A stretch of 64,000 bases of DNA from Hemiscyllium ocellatum (lineage: Eukaryota). Numbering within the stretch: position 1 is the stretch's first letter; each line of letters begins with the position of its first letter. The stretch lies in assembly GCF_020745735.1 (NCBI RefSeq), contig NC_083409.1, positions 6,437,534 through 6,501,533 of the forward strand, in the 5' to 3' direction. Under the pieces are notes generated by a model. It was not told the DNA's origin, did no database searches, and saw only the letters and a list, made by a program, of their open reading frames with translations. The translations under genes were made by a program, and so were the position numbers. Positions 1-12,830 of this stretch are shown here, piece by piece.

Positions 1-66
1 TAATCTATCATGAATTCTGCACCCTTACCTCCTCTTTTAATACAGCTTTTCTAATTACCACTGTAA

Positions 67-2056
67 ATGTGTTGCTGGTCAAAGCACAGCAGGTTAGGCA
101 GCATCTCAGGAATAGAGAATTCAACGTTTCGAGCATAAGCCCTTCATCAGGAATAAGAGAGAGAGAGCCAAGCAGGCTGAGATAAAAGGTAGGGAGGAGG
201 GACTAGGGGGAGGGGCGATGGAGGTGGGATAGGTGGAAGGAGGTCAAGGTGAGGGTGATAGGCCGGAGTGGGGTGGGGGCGGAGAGGTCAGGAAGAGGAT
301 TGCAGGTTAGGAGGGCGGTGCTGAGTTGAGGGAACCGACTGAGACAAGGTGGGGGGAGGGGAAATGAGGAAGCTGGAGAAATCTGAATTCATACCTTGTG
401 GTTGGAGGGTTCCCAGGCGGAAGATGAGGCGCTCCTCCTCCAGCCGTCGTGTAGTTGTGTTCTGCCGGTGGAGGAGTCCGAGGACCTGCATGTCCTCGGT
501 GGAGTGGGAGGGGGAGTTAAAGTGTTGAGCCACGGGGTGATTGGGTTGGTTGGTTCGGGCGGCCCAGAGGTGTTCTCTGAAGCGTTCCGCAAGTAAGCGG
601 CCTGTCTCACCAATATAGAGGAGGCCACATCGGGTGCAGCGGATGCAATAGATGATGTGTGTGGAGGTACAGGTGAACTTGTGGCGGATATGGAAGGATC
701 CCTTGGGGCCTTGGAGGGAAGTGAGTGTGGAGGTGTGGGCGCAAGTTTTACATTTCCTGCGGTTGCAGGGGAAGGTGCCGGGGGTGGAGGTTGGGTTGGT
801 GGGGGGTGTGGATCTGACAAGGGAGTCACGAAGGGAGTGGTCCTTGCGGAACGCTGATAGGGGAGGGGAGGGAAATATATCCTTGGTGGTGGGGTCCGTT
901 TGGAGGTGGCGGAAATGGCGGCGGATAATACGTTGTATGCGCAGGTTGGTGGGGTGGTAGGTGAGAACCAGTGGGGTTCTGTCTTGGTGGCGGTTGGAGG
1001 AGCGGGGCTCAAGGGCGGAGGAGCGGGAAGTGGAGGAGATGCGGTGGAGGGCATCGTCGATCACGTCTGGGGGGAATCTGCGGTCCTTGAAGAAGGAGGC
1101 CATCTGGGTTGTGCGGTGTTGGAATTGGTCCTCCTGGGAGCAGATGCGGCGGAGACGAAGGAATTGGGAATATGGGATGGCGTTTTTACAGGGGGCAGGG
1201 TGGGAGGAGGTGTAGTCCAGGTAGCTGTGGGAGTCAGTCGGTTTATAATAGATGTCTGTGTTGAGTCGGTCGCCCGAGATAGAAATGGAAAGGTCTAGGA
1301 AGGGGAGGGAGGAGTCTGAGACAGTCCAGGTGAATTTCAGGTCGGGATGGAAGGTGTTAGTAAAGTTGATGAACTGTTCAACCTCCTCGTGGGAGCACGA
1401 GGCAGCGCCGATACAGTCATCGATGTAGCGGAGGAAAAGGTGGGGGGTGGTGCCAGTGTAGTTGCGGAAGATGGACTGTTCCACGTATCCTACGAAGAGG
1501 CAGGCATAGCTGGGGCCCATGCGGGTGCCCATGGCAACTCCTTTAGTTTGGAGGAAGTGGGAGGATTGAAAAGAGAAGTTATTCAGGGTGAGGACCAGTT
1601 CAGTCAGTCGAAGGAGGGTGTCAGTGGAAGGGTACTGGTTAGTGCGGCGGGAAAGGAAGAAGCGGAGGGCTTTGAGTCCTTCGTGATGGGGGATGGAGGT
1701 GTACAGGGACTGGATGTCCATAGTGAAAATAAGGCGTTGGGGACCGGGGAAGCGAAAATCCTGGAGGAGGTGGAGTGCGTGGGTGGTGTCCCGAACGTAG
1801 GTGGGGAGTTCTTGGACTAAAGGGGACAGGACCGTGTCGAGGTATTGGGAGATGAGTTCGGTGGGGCAGGAGCAGGCTGAGACAATGGGTCGGCCGGGGC
1901 AGGCAGGTTTGTGGATTTTGGGCAGGAGGTAGAAACGGGCGGTGCGGGGTTGTGGGACTATGAGGTTGGAGGCGGTGGATGGGAGATCCCCTGAGGTGAT
2001 GAGGTCCTGGATGGTCTGGGAGATGATGGTTTGGTGGTGGGAGGTGGGGTCGAAGA
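67..2056 (-). mobile_element. Young, 5'-truncated Penelope-like retroelement (Neptune-type, GIY-YIG) with 15-bp target-site duplication
   Basis: Perfect direct repeat TAATTACCACTGTAA at 52-66 and 2057-2071 flanks an uninterrupted RT+GIY-YIG frame and a PLE-type 3' terminus with a hammerhead motif. Confidence 0.93.
119..154 (-). ncRNA. Minimal type-I hammerhead ribozyme motif in the PLE 3' terminal repeat
   Basis: Minus strand reads AUUC-CUGAUGA-A-GGGC-UUAU-GCUC-GAAA-CGUU-GAAU: core boxes, 4-bp stem II, AUUC/GAAU stem I and palindromic ACGU stem III, as described for PLE hammerheads. Confidence 0.75.
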
Positions 2057-2150
2057 TAATTACCACTGTAACTGATTCCTGTACCCCCACCTCCACCATC
2101 ACTCCTATTCCATTTATATCCCTGTATACCGCCCTTGTTATGCGATTCAT
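288..2150 (-). CDS. PLE reverse transcriptase + GIY-YIG endonuclease ORF (first ~32 codons come from flanking DNA)
   Basis: RT motifs FYLLPKIHK, RPIVS, FTMDIQSLYTSIPH, GVAMGTRMGPSYACLF, LRYIDD. Cys-rich linker CNRRKCKTCAH. GIY-YIG IIYCIRCTRCGLLYIGETGR..RFREH. No internal stop in 620 aa. Confidence 0.92.
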   Translation of the reverse strand: MNRITRAVYRDINGIGVMVEVGVQESVTVVIIFDPTSHHQTIISQTIQDLITSGDLPSTASNLIVPQPRTARFYLLPKIHKPACPGRPIVSACSCPTELISQYLDTVLSPLVQELPTYVRDTTHALHLLQDFRFPGPQRLIFTMDIQSLYTSIPHHEGLKALRFFLSRRTNQYPSTDTLLRLTELVLTLNNFSFQSSHFLQTKGVAMGTRMGPSYACLFVGYVEQSIFRNYTGTTPHLFLRYIDDCIGAASCSHEEVEQFINFTNTFHPDLKFTWTVSDSSLPFLDLSISISGDRLNTDIYYKPTDSHSYLDYTSSHPAPCKNAIPYSQFLRLRRICSQEDQFQHRTTQMASFFKDRRFPPDVIDDALHRISSTSRSSALEPRSSNRHQDRTPLVLTYHPTNLRIQRIIRRHFRHLQTDPTTKDIFPSPPLSAFRKDHSLRDSLVRSTPPTNPTSTPGTFPCNRRKCKTCAHTSTLTSLQGPKGSFHIRHKFTCTSTHIIYCIRCTRCGLLYIGETGRLLAERFREHLWAARTNQPNHPVAQHFNSPSHSTEDMQVLGLLHRQNTTTRRLEEERLIFRLGTLQPQGMNSDFSSFLISPPPTLSQSVPSTQHRPPNLQSSS

Positions 2151-2860
2151 TCGGACTCTGGTCCTAGCATGGATCCGATGAAGGCTGTCCCATCAGAACA
2201 GGTCCTTTCTGCCACAGAAATGAAACGTGTTTATTCAACACAAAATACAGGGACAAAATGATTTTCTGGACAAACCAAAATATGAAATGTTCAAAGAGAT
2301 AAGAATGTTATAATACACTCATGATATCGAGCTATATGAAGTGAAATGTGGATAACTAAACTATGGAAGTGGTGTGAAAAATTTTTCAGTCATTACTTGA
2401 GCCACAGCTGAGATGCTGACTTTCCCTCTGACAGTGACCCCCCTCACTGAGATTTTCTGGCACAGTCTCTCGCACAGTTTCTCAGGGGGTTATCAGTTCC
2501 TGCTACCATTGGCACAGTCTGTTTAAATTAACCCACCTTCTCTCTGGAGCCAGTCAATTGTTCTATTGGATTCTGTTTCGCTGTCAGCCACTCAACTCTG
2601 TGATAATGTAGGAGATAAATGATCTGGGATCACAGCCAGTATCAGCATGCTGCTCACAGGCTATGACTCCCAGGCAAAGAGCTTGCGGTTCAGTGGAATT
2701 TTTAATAAAACTGCCATCTTCTGTCTATTTATCGCCATGCTGTCTCCTGATCTATCTAATTTCATCCCCGTTTCACACACCTTCATTTCTTACTCATTCT
2801 GTCACTCCATTTTCTTTCCTCTCTGTTTATCTACCTTCATGTTCTTTCTTTCTGTTGTAT

Positions 2861-2865
<5 letters not shown>

Positions 2866-2899
<34 letters not shown>
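2866..2899. repeat. (CT)n microsatellite
   Basis: Directly visible CT run. Confidence 0.97.
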
Positions 2900-2903
<4 letters not shown>

Positions 2904-3904
2904 TTCTCCAATAACTCTCTCTTCCTCCAGATAGCTGGAGAGCTCGTGGGTGTACGAAGGGCTAAATGGCTTCCGTCTGTGCTGTATTAATTCTGAGGTT
3001 CTCTGACTCACAATAAAAATGTTACGTGCCTGTAGAGACAAGCTTTTTCAGTGAAGGACACAGGGCACAATCACCCCTTGTCTCTTGCTGTTCTCTTTTA
3101 TACAATGACCTCGAAATATCAGTTCAAACAAAATAGATTGAAATTCGAACAGTCGGGACGACGTTCGCCAGAGAATATTGCAATCAGGATTTAATAAACA
3201 GTTGCCACACACAAAATGTGGATTTGCCTGATAGCGACTCCTTCCATGTAACACTCGCTAACTCCTGCCTGATTCTGACGTAACTTGCCTTACTCCAATG
3301 TCATAGCTTCACAAAAGGTCCTGACCTATACATGTTCTTAGCTATCTTAAAACTGAAGGAGTTTCCAAAATGATTCCAAAATGCTATCCCCCTAAAATGT
3401 CAGTTACCTGTCTAGGCTCATTAGCCAATACAAGGTCCAGTATGGCCCTTCCTGTAGTGGACTATCAACATACTGTTTCAAGTAACTGCACTGATTATAA
3501 TGTGAGGCGTATGACAGGCCAGACGGATGAAGTTGGAGCTTGTGTGAGTATATATAACTGCTATGTTAATATTATAGAGATTTGTTTGAAAGAGGGACTT
3601 GGGAATCCCAATGATACACATATCAGAATTGCTGCCTCCTCTACCAGCTCTTTGCCCATATAATTAACTCTGCTACCATCCTATTCCTAAACTCATTGGC
3701 ACATGGATTAGTCTTGTCGCACCAAAATTTAAATATCATTTCAGCACAACTCCGGCAAGACCTTTTTCTTTAAAATGGACAGACTTGACATTAAATACTT
3801 AAGTGTAAGTTCATTAACCGGGAAAAAGGAGTCCTCTGAATCATTCCAGTAATGATAGGATCTGATATCCATAACCTCCACCAAACCTGCTTGACTACGA
3901 ACTC

Positions 3905-4400
3905 TATTTTTCCAGAGTGGCGAGGAAAGAAGGAGGAGCGAAACAAGGGCTGCCGGAAACGTTAGGGCTTAATTTACATCTGAGCAGTGGATATACCGAG
4001 ATACTACACGTGCATCTCCCTAACGCACCCCTCGTCTAACTGGAAGAAAAAAAACTACTGTAAGGTAAGGCTTTTATTTCCTATCCATATTTTTCATTTA
4101 TTTAAGTGCATTATTTGGTTTTTGTTAGTTCATACAAAATTAAACTTACAATTGCAGGGGATCTCAGACCCGTGGCATGTGACTCTTGCTTGATGTGGGA
4201 GCTTAGGAATGTGACTGACGTTCCTGACTCTTACACTTGCAGGAAGTGTGTCCAGCTGCAGGTGTAGTTTGACTGGATGACGGCTCTGGAGCTGTGGATG
4301 GGCTCACTGTGGAGCATCCGCGATACTGAGGATACCGTGGATATCACATTTAGTGAACTGGTCATACCGTAGGTTAGGATTGCTGATGGAGACAGTGAAT
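3905..4400 (+). mobile_element. CR1 LINE 5'UTR and decayed ORF1 N-terminus (zinc finger/leucine zipper)
   Basis: From 4151: xAGDLRPVACDSCLMWELRNVTDVPDSYTCRKCVQLQ*, the CxxC..CxxC start typical of CR1 ORF1. Start codon lost and stops present. Confidence 0.7.
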
Positions 4401-6619
4401 GTTTCCAGCTACCACATGCTGCAGAAACAACATATCAACCGACACGCCATCATTATTGTATTTAGCAATGGTTGGATTTGATTTTTTTATATTTTTACCT
4501 GTTTTTATATCTCTGCTTATATCTCAACTTGCAACAAATAGATTAACAAAATGCAATTTAAGGCAGATTCATATTTCGCAGAGTCCCAATTAGCCAATCA
4601 AATCACATCCTTCCTTTGTCAAACTGGCACATGATCGTCTGAAAGAATTCTGGCAGACTTGTCAGCAAGACCTCTCCCTGACGAAGTCATGCTGACTCAG
4701 CCCTATTTTACTATGCACCTCCAAATACTGCATTACAAGGGCCCAGTTCTTCAGAGAAATATCCCAGGCCATGCCATCTCCAGCTGCTTCATCAATGTCC
4801 TTCCCTCCATCATAAGTTCAAAATTGGGAATGATCAATGGCAAATGTGCAATTAATACCACCCTCAACTTCTCAGTTGAAATTTAACATAACACAATCAA
4901 TGAGAGACTGTACTACTTTAGATTTAGTCCTATGTAATGAGAAAGTCGAATCAATAATGCTGCTACAATGGACCCTATGAGATCTGACTGGGGCGTAGTT
5001 TATTCTGAAACTAGAGATTGGAATTTGAACAAAGGAAACTAAGAGGATACGAGTGGCAAATTGGCTGAGTTGGCAAGTTGCTGGTGTGGGCAAATCACTA
5101 AAAGCTTTGCCAGAAGACAGGCAACAGCTAGTAGCTGAAAAGATACCTCATTTATAACACATATACATTCTTCAAATACATAAAAATCTAATTGAAGAGA
5201 TAAAACGATCATGGCTAATGAGGCTGGTACAATTGCAACATCATCTGGATGAGTATATGATTTAAAAGTGTTAAGAGGGATATGGGCTGGAAGATTGGGA
5301 TATCTGGTTCGGCATGGACGAGATGGACAGAAGGGTATATTTCTGTGCTGTACATTTCCATGTCTCTACTCTGCGGCCTCATTGTTAATAATGGGATCAA
5401 AAACCCGAATAATGACTGATGTCAGGCTAACTGTCTTATGATTTCTTGTCTTTTGCCTCCCTTCCTTGCTTGCACAGAGATTTTACATTCCGATTTTCTA
5501 GTTCTCTGCAACGCGCCCTGAGGACATTTATTTCTGAAAATCCACCACCAGCGCCTCCACAATCGTCTCCTCTATTTCGTTCAGAACTTTGGATTGTTAT
5601 CTTTCCAGTCTGTGTGATTTATCCATCTTCAAACATTGCAACTTCCACAGCACATTCTCATCAGCACTGACCACTACACTCATTTCTCGCCCTTGACTGT
5701 CTTGAAGTTCTGGAATGCTGCTAGTTGTCAACCATTGAGAGGACTCATACAAAGCACCTATTCAGTTCATCCTCCAATTCTTTGTTCTCCGTTTCTCTGT
5801 AACCAGCCTCGTTTTCAAGTTATCCAATGTTCACTCTTGCATCTCTTCCTTTTGTAGATCTTAACTAAACTCTTGAAGTCTCTTTTTATATTGGGAGCTA
5901 GCTTATACGTTCCATATTCTCCACCTTATTTTTTTTTAATTATCGTCTGCTGCTTTAGAAAGGCTTCACAATCTTATCGAGACTGAGGGAGAGTATTCCA
6001 GGGAATTGACTGCAGAAGACAACATGTAACATTACAAATCCTGTTAGCCATCATTGGCTGGCACGGTAACACAGCTCTGCTGCCTCACAGTGCCAGGGAC
6101 TTGAGTTCAGTTACAATCTCTGCAGCCTATCTGAACGGCGTTTGTACAATCTCCCCATGTTTGGATTAGGAGCATTAACTCCTTTCGTCTCTCCACTGTC
6201 CATCTCCGTGTTTATACCATCGACAGTATTTTTGCTTTAGGTCAATGACAAAATGCAGCAAATGCAACCAGTTTTCGTAAAAGCGACCCTGGTGTTCAGG
6301 CTGCCCTGGGTGTTCAGGAGATCTGCCTGGCCACTTGTGTGAATGCAGTGTCACTGGTTCCCAAGCTATTCGTCTCAGTCCCTCAGTCCATCCATCGCTG
6401 CATGCAGACTTTCCTCAAGCCACTCCTGAGACTCCCCAGAACTCATCAACTGGCACGGGATGCTTCCTAAGCAGGGCTGTGTACACAAAGACATTGGGCA
6501 CTTTCTAACCCATTAAGGATGCTGGGAAAAGATCCTGCCATTGAAAGGAACAGAATAACTAAATTCCAATTGAATAGCAACGCAGAGTAAACGGGCTGAA
6601 TGGCATCCAATGGGGTGGT

Positions 6620-7270
6620 CTTCATCCAAACCGTGCTTGGACCAGAGTACTAGGTGATCACACATCCAGGGCTGTGGACAGGTCTTTAAACTAAATGGGG
6701 CGACGGTGGAGAAGGTCAGATATTGGCGGAATTAGAAAACCCAAGTTAAAGGAGGAGGTAAGAGCGCAGAACTCAGGAGAAGTTATTTAAATCTCTAGCA
6801 TAGACACAAATATGACAGAGTGTATGGAGAGTGTCAGCAATCAAACTTTAAGCGCACTGAACAAACGAATGACAATGTGAAGAGCAACGGTTAATACAGG
6901 ACTGAAGATGTTATATCTGAATGCATGCAGTGTAAGGAATAGGGTAAATGTGGCACAGATCGAAATTTGCAGCTATGACGTGGCGGACATCACAGAGACA
7001 TGGCTGCAAGGGGATCAGGATTGGAAGCTCAATATTCAAGGATATACATCTTATTGAAAAGATGGGCAGACAGGCGGAGGAGGTGGGTTGCCTTATTAAT
7101 AAGAAATAAAACTAAATCAATTGTAAGAAAGTAAGTAGGGTCAGATGATGGGGAATCTCTGCGGGTAGAATTGAGGTATCGAAAAGGTGAAAAATAAACA
7201 AAGTTGGAGTCGTGTACAGGCCTCCAAAGAGCAGTCAGGAGCTTGGAGAGAAAATATTTGTAGGAAAAGC
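6620..7270 (+). mobile_element. Decayed CR1 ORF2 APE endonuclease fragment
   Basis: LKMLYLNACSVRNR...YDVADITETWLQGDQDWKLNIQG recognisable, with stops and indels. Confidence 0.8.
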
Positions 7271-7274
7271 AAAG

Positions 7275-7750
7275 TTAGAGTGATCATGGGGATGTTAAAA
7301 GTAAAGATTGTTGAGAGTGAGGATGGGCTCAGTCAGTTGGAGGATGGTGGTGGTGTTAGGGTGCAGTTTAGGCCTTTGTTCCAAGAAGGAATGGAGAGTC
7401 CTGAGACCATCCGCGTGGGGGCAGACGGGTGTGGAGGGGTGTTGGTGGCTGTTTAATGGGATGGTACGTCCATGGGAAAGAGGAGGTGGATGGAGCCTAC
7501 AAAATAGAAATTCTGAAATTGGTGTAAAATGTCAGATGAATCACGATGTGCGTGAGCATGGACTGTACCAGGAGGGATTACTGAGTCAAAGTAGGAAGAG
7601 ATGAGTTGCTCGTAGCAGGTGCAGATTGAAGAATCTGCCTGGGTCATCCTGCTTGTGGATGCCTGGAGGAGATGGAAGCGACCTCTGCTATCAGAGGGCC
7701 ATTGGCTGGGGTTTGGGAGGGCAGTGTGAAGGGAGGGCATCACCAGGAGA
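7275..7750 (-). mobile_element. Decayed PLE RT fragment
   Basis: Minus strand resembles the SIPH..GL.AL.FFL...TTT.L.L.E..LTLNN region of the element at 67-2056. Confidence 0.65.
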
Positions 7751-9896
7751 AATTAGATCAGTTATCGCAGTTGATACAATGGCCTGATGTGCCATGGGTG
7801 GGTGCCAAGGTCTAAGAAAATACTCGTTATACGTTTTTTCTCTTAATTGATTCTTGATCAAATTGTGCAGCTATTCTGAATTTCTGTATCTCCATTCAGT
7901 GCAGACAACATGTTTTTTCTCGCCTGGTGTGATGCCTCAACATTTCTTAAACTTCTTCTTTTACAGTGTGTGCAACAATGGGCGTTTGCTCTAATAATTT
8001 GCATCCAATTCAAGGAAAACGTGAGAATATGATTTGAACTCGGGTAGTGTGTCTATAACGTGTAATTTAATGGAATCTTTATCCTCATCGCACTTACTCT
8101 TTCAAACAAACAATGAATGAATCCATAAATTCTGCAGAATGTTTTCAGCTCTGACGATTGATGGGAATGTTACAAAGGACATACATCAGTGTCTAAGAAA
8201 ATACAAATGTTCCAGTGCAAGGTGTCAAATCCTGGTCCATCATAAAGTATTCACAATCTTTATACATAAAGCATGAAGAGGTGGCAGAGTGTGTAAAAGG
8301 AGGGTTCAGCTCTGTGTTCAAAAAGCTACTTCTGGCTCCCTCATAAAAGACCTTAACTCACTCTGTAAATTCCCCAAAACACGAACAGCAAGAGATTGTT
8401 CCACTATTTCCATCGCTGTCATGTGGTGAGGAATACAATCTCCAAGGTTGCACATCATCCTGGTTTGAATCAATGTCATTGTCCCTTCACTGTCATTTGT
8501 TCAGAATACTATGGCTCTCTTTGAAACATATCTATTAGTGTCCCAGCACCACGAGGATCACTGGCGTTCACCACCATATTCTGCATGGAAATTAGACACA
8601 GACAATAAATGCTGGTCTTGCTAACAGAATTCACCTCACAAGAACAACTGACAGGAATCTACTCTAGCAAAGGCATCCATTCTAACCGATTTGATTTCTA
8701 ATGCAGTTTTAATTCGGCTTTTACTTTGACCTAAGCATCTGGTCTTTCCGTAACTCCATGAAACTTCCACGAGTGCATTCGCAGTGCTGATTAAAAATTA
8801 CATTTGCAAGTTGTGCTCATCATTCTGAAAGGGAGAGCCTTTGTGCGCTTGAGAATGCTTTCATTGTTTGTCAGTATCTAAAGGCAATAGCAACGTAGAA
8901 ACTAAGATCAGGGGTAAGTGATTGGACAACTTGAACCAAGTCTGCCATGTGATAAGATCATGAATGATCTGATTGTGGCCTGAAACACACATTCCTGCTA
9001 TGACTTATAACGTTAGTGCATCATTCTTTGGCGATAAACTGTATGACTGTGTCTTAAGAATATTCAATGTCTTACCTTCCATCACTCTCTTGGAGGGGAG
9101 TTCCCACAGATACAGAACCCTTTGAGATGATTAAAACAATCACCAACTCCTTCCCTGGGATGTTCTCCAGTTTCAGGAGTTCATCTATTGCTAGAAATCT
9201 CTTGCACAAATTGAAATATTGTTTCAGCATTCAACTTGAATAGACTACACAGAGTATGGTTTAAACGAGATCACGCGTCATTTGCCTAAACTTCAACTGA
9301 TCCAAGGCCAGTCTACAATGTTTCCTGCAGAGATAAATGCTCCTCACAGGAATCAGTTGAGTGAATCTCCTCCGGACTGCTTTTCATGTCATTATGCCCT
9401 CAGCTCTCCTGGTGTGTTCTCACCATTACCCTGCAAACTGTAGAAAGGCTTCCCTACTTCTGGATGTATTCTCTTTCAACAAGTATGAAAATTTATGTTA
9501 CCTCCCTGCGATGTGCAAGCAATGTATTTTTTTGAGATCCAGGTTCCTGATTGCTCTGTGCCTCAGCTTTGCAATCTCTCCATTGGTATAATACACTGTT
9601 TTTCCATTCAAACCACCAATCTAATCAAACACAGATACATGTTTCTTGCTATTCTCCAATTCACTTGACCAATTCGAGGTCTCTATAATATTATGAAGTG
9701 GAGATCAACATCCATCTGATAATTAAAACCATTGCACACAGCGAAGATTTCCTCGCCTTAAAATATGGTAAGGAAATGTCACAAGTGATGTAACCCATCT
9801 CTTTTTTGACGCACAGTTTGTTATAAAGGAGTGGTTCAGTGATGTTGAATCCATTCTCGCACTATGTAATTTACAAGTAGCTACCTGCTGGTCTAG

Positions 9897-10240
9897 GGGT
9901 GGCACTGTGGCTCAGGGGTTTACACTGCTGCCTTGCAGTGCCAGAGACCCGTGTTCAATTCTAGCCGCGGGCAACTGTCTTTGTGGAGTTAAAACATTCT
10001 CGTCGTGTCTGCATGGGCTTCAACCAGGTGCTCCCGTTTGCTCTCACAATCCAAAGATATGTAGGTTAGGTAAATTGCCCATAGTGTTCATGGATGTGTA
10101 AGTTAGGTGCATACGTTAGGGATAAATGTAATTAATTGTGTAGAGGAATGCATGTGAGTGGTTTACTCTTCGGAGGGTCAGTATAATCTTTGTTCGGCTG
10201 AAGTGTCTGCTTCCCCACTATCGAGATTTTATGATTCTAA
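9897..10240 (+). mobile_element. HE1-type tRNA-derived SINE (old copy)
   Basis: Degenerate A/B-box head, V-SINE-like core and CR1-like tail; homologous to the younger copy at 54243. Confidence 0.8.
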
Positions 10241-11169
10241 CTCTAACAGTGAACAAATCACTAACAAACTGAACAATCACTCTGTAACTAAGTACCTATT
10301 CTTGAATGAACCTAGATTTTCTTGATACGCTGTTTAAATAATGCATATTCTACTCATGAATCCATTATTCGTAAGAACAATAAATTAAAAATTAGTTTCT
10401 AAAAGTTCATGCAGAATTGAATCACTTGAAATTTATGTATCTTATCCCTTCGTTTTTCTCTGCCTGAAATGCCTTCTTAGTTGTTTTCTGGTTTCAAGAA
10501 TATTTACTCAGCGTGTTGTGCTCCTTGACTGATGGATAGAGCTTTTTAGACAGAACATGGGGATTTTTTTGTGAAACCCCAATGTTTCTTTCACAGATGA
10601 CACTTCCCTGTTATCATCTTTTCAGATTGTAGTTGACTCTCCCGCTCTGTTCAATTGCCCCTCTGTTATATATCCCTCCTTGATACAAGAAATTCTTATA
10701 TTATGATTTGTTTCAGATTATTAACTCTAAAATGGACCCTTAGTCTCCAAGTGCCTTTTTAGCTTAATTGGTACAATTTGAATTGTTACCCAGGTAAAAA
10801 TGCTGATTGGGCCTGACAACTGAACGGTTTCGATCCATTCTGTCAACTGGGCACTTGCAAACTGCTTACCTACAGACGTTACTTTTTCTGTTTTATCACC
10901 GAAAAGCACCTCACCGTTTCAAATGACGTCATGGTATTCCCAAAATGTTGCAATTTCGCCATTTTTACGCACCAGTAGACCGATACCACTTCGTACCTTT
11001 CCTTTCTTAGCTTTTCAATCTTTACATTCTTCCTTATTGCTGTCAGACATTTTAGCCAAAAAATATAGATTGTAGCCACATTCCAATGGTGTTGACAATG
11101 TGATATTTTTGCACCATGTCCAAACTGTCAGTTTGCAGCAATGCAACAGGTTTTGCAGGTCTATCATAG

Positions 11170-11325
11170 ACATGCAGGAGGCTGGAAGAGAACAGCAAGC
11201 CAAGCAGCATCAGGTGGTGGAGAAGGGTTTAAACACGAATCGTCGACTTTTCCACCTCCTGATGTTGCCTTGTCTGCTGTGTTCATCCAGCCTTCTGTCT
11301 GTCTATTTTGAATTCCAGCATCTGT
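11170..11325. mobile_element. Inverted pair of decayed PLE terminal repeats
   Basis: GCTGGAAGAGAACAGC..GCAGCATCAGGTGG followed by its imperfect reverse complement CCACCTCCTGATGTTGCC..GCTGTGTTCATCCAGC. Confidence 0.6.
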
Positions 11326-11399
11326 AGTTTTTTTTTGCCTCGTGCAGCCCCATTTCAGAGTTTCTAGCCTGCAGCTGCAGAAAAAAATCTTTAAATCGC

Positions 11400-12290
11400 A
11401 AAGGTATGCTCAACTCAATGTTCATTTCCCGTTCCATACACTTGAAACATGACTTCTCCACCTCCCTATTCTCTACCTTCTATCAGTAAACCTCTATCCA
11501 AGCAAATACTCTACCCGTAACCACATGGGAACTAACCTTCTAGATCAGTCTTTTACGTAGCACCTTGCCAAATGCCTCTGAAAATCTCGATATACTGCAT
11601 CCACTGGATCCCAAATATCCAACTTCCTTTTTCCATCCTGAGTGAACTCCAGAAGATTTGTCCAACATGACCTACCCTTCATAAAACTTCTGAAACTGGT
11701 GACATGATATTTGTTTTTTCCAAGTGTTCAGCTATTTCTTTCTTTAAGATTGATTCCAGCAACCTCGCAACACAGAGGTCAAGCTCATTGGTATATAATG
11801 TCCCACCTTTTGCCTATCCCCCTTGTGAATAAGAATGTCACATTAGTAAGTTTCCAATGCATCGGCTCCTTTCTACAATCCAAGTAATTCTTCAATATCA
11901 CAACCAAAGCATCTATCATCTCTGCTGCAAGCTCCTTTAATACTCTTGAGAGTTATCTGCCTTTAATCCCATTAGTTTACTTAATACATTTGTCCCTGGT
12001 CATAGTAAACATGGAACATAACAGCACAATTCTAGTCTAGCGGCCCTCGATGTTGCACCGACCTGTGGAAGCAACCTGAAGCCTATGTATTCTACACTAC
12101 TGCATTTTCATCCATACGTTTATCAAATGACAATTTAAATGCATTTGAAGCTGGTGAGTTCACTACTATTTCAGGGCGGGTGTTCCATGATATTGCCACT
12201 CTCTGAGTAAAGAAACTACTTCTGATATCTGTACTATATCTATCACACCACCACCACCACCACACACCCCACCCCCAACAATTTAAATCT
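11400..12290 (-). mobile_element. Decayed CR1 RT and 3'-end fragments
   Basis: Reverse-complement similarity to the CR1 RT (DFQKAFDKV-type region) and 3' tail seen elsewhere in the window. Confidence 0.7.
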
Positions 12291-12299
12291 ATGCGCGTC

Positions 12300-12830
12300 G
12301 TGAAACCATCGCCATCCGAGGAAAAAGGCTTTCACTGTTGTTACGACCCGGGGTATACCCCTCTGCTAATTTATCTGGCCAGGTAGTCACGGAGGGAACG
12401 GTCTTTGCGGAAGGCGGAAAGGGGTGGGGATGGAAATATATACCTGGTTGTGGGGTCTGTTTGGAAGTGGCGGAAATGACGACGATGATTTGATTTATGC
12501 GAAGCTTGGTATGGTGGAAGGTGAATACCGGGTCATTGTCATCGTTGGAGGGGTGGGGTCTGAGGGCGGAGGTGCGGGATGTGAACGGGATGCGTTGGAG
12601 GGCATCTTTAATCACGTGGGAAGGGAAATTGCAGTCTCTGAAGAAGGAGGCCATCTGGTGTGTTCTGTGGTGGAACTGGTCCTCCTAGAACAGAGACGAC
12701 AGAGGCGGAGGAATTGGGAATACGGGATGGCAGGTTTGCAGGAGGCAGGGTGGGAAGAGGTGTAATCCAGGTAGCTGTGGTTGTCGGTGGGTTTGTAAAA
12801 AATGTCGGTATCAAGTAGGTCGTTGATAAA
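12300..12830 (-). mobile_element. PLE RT-thumb fragment
   Basis: MASFFRDCNFPSHVIKDALQRI matches MASFFKDRRFPPDVIDDALHRI in the 288-2150 ORF. Confidence 0.85.

Noticed and set aside
389-1820. Several 60-220 aa ORFs overlapping the PLE (e.g. 389-1054, 900-1298, 1347-1820), and similar ones over 54654-56809
   Set aside because: Alternative-frame and antisense shadows of a C-rich RT coding strand; low complexity, no independent motifs.
10727-11079. Minus-strand frame with GKVRSGIGLLVRK
   Set aside because: Possibly a very old LINE endonuclease remnant, but it is interrupted by stops and too weak to call.
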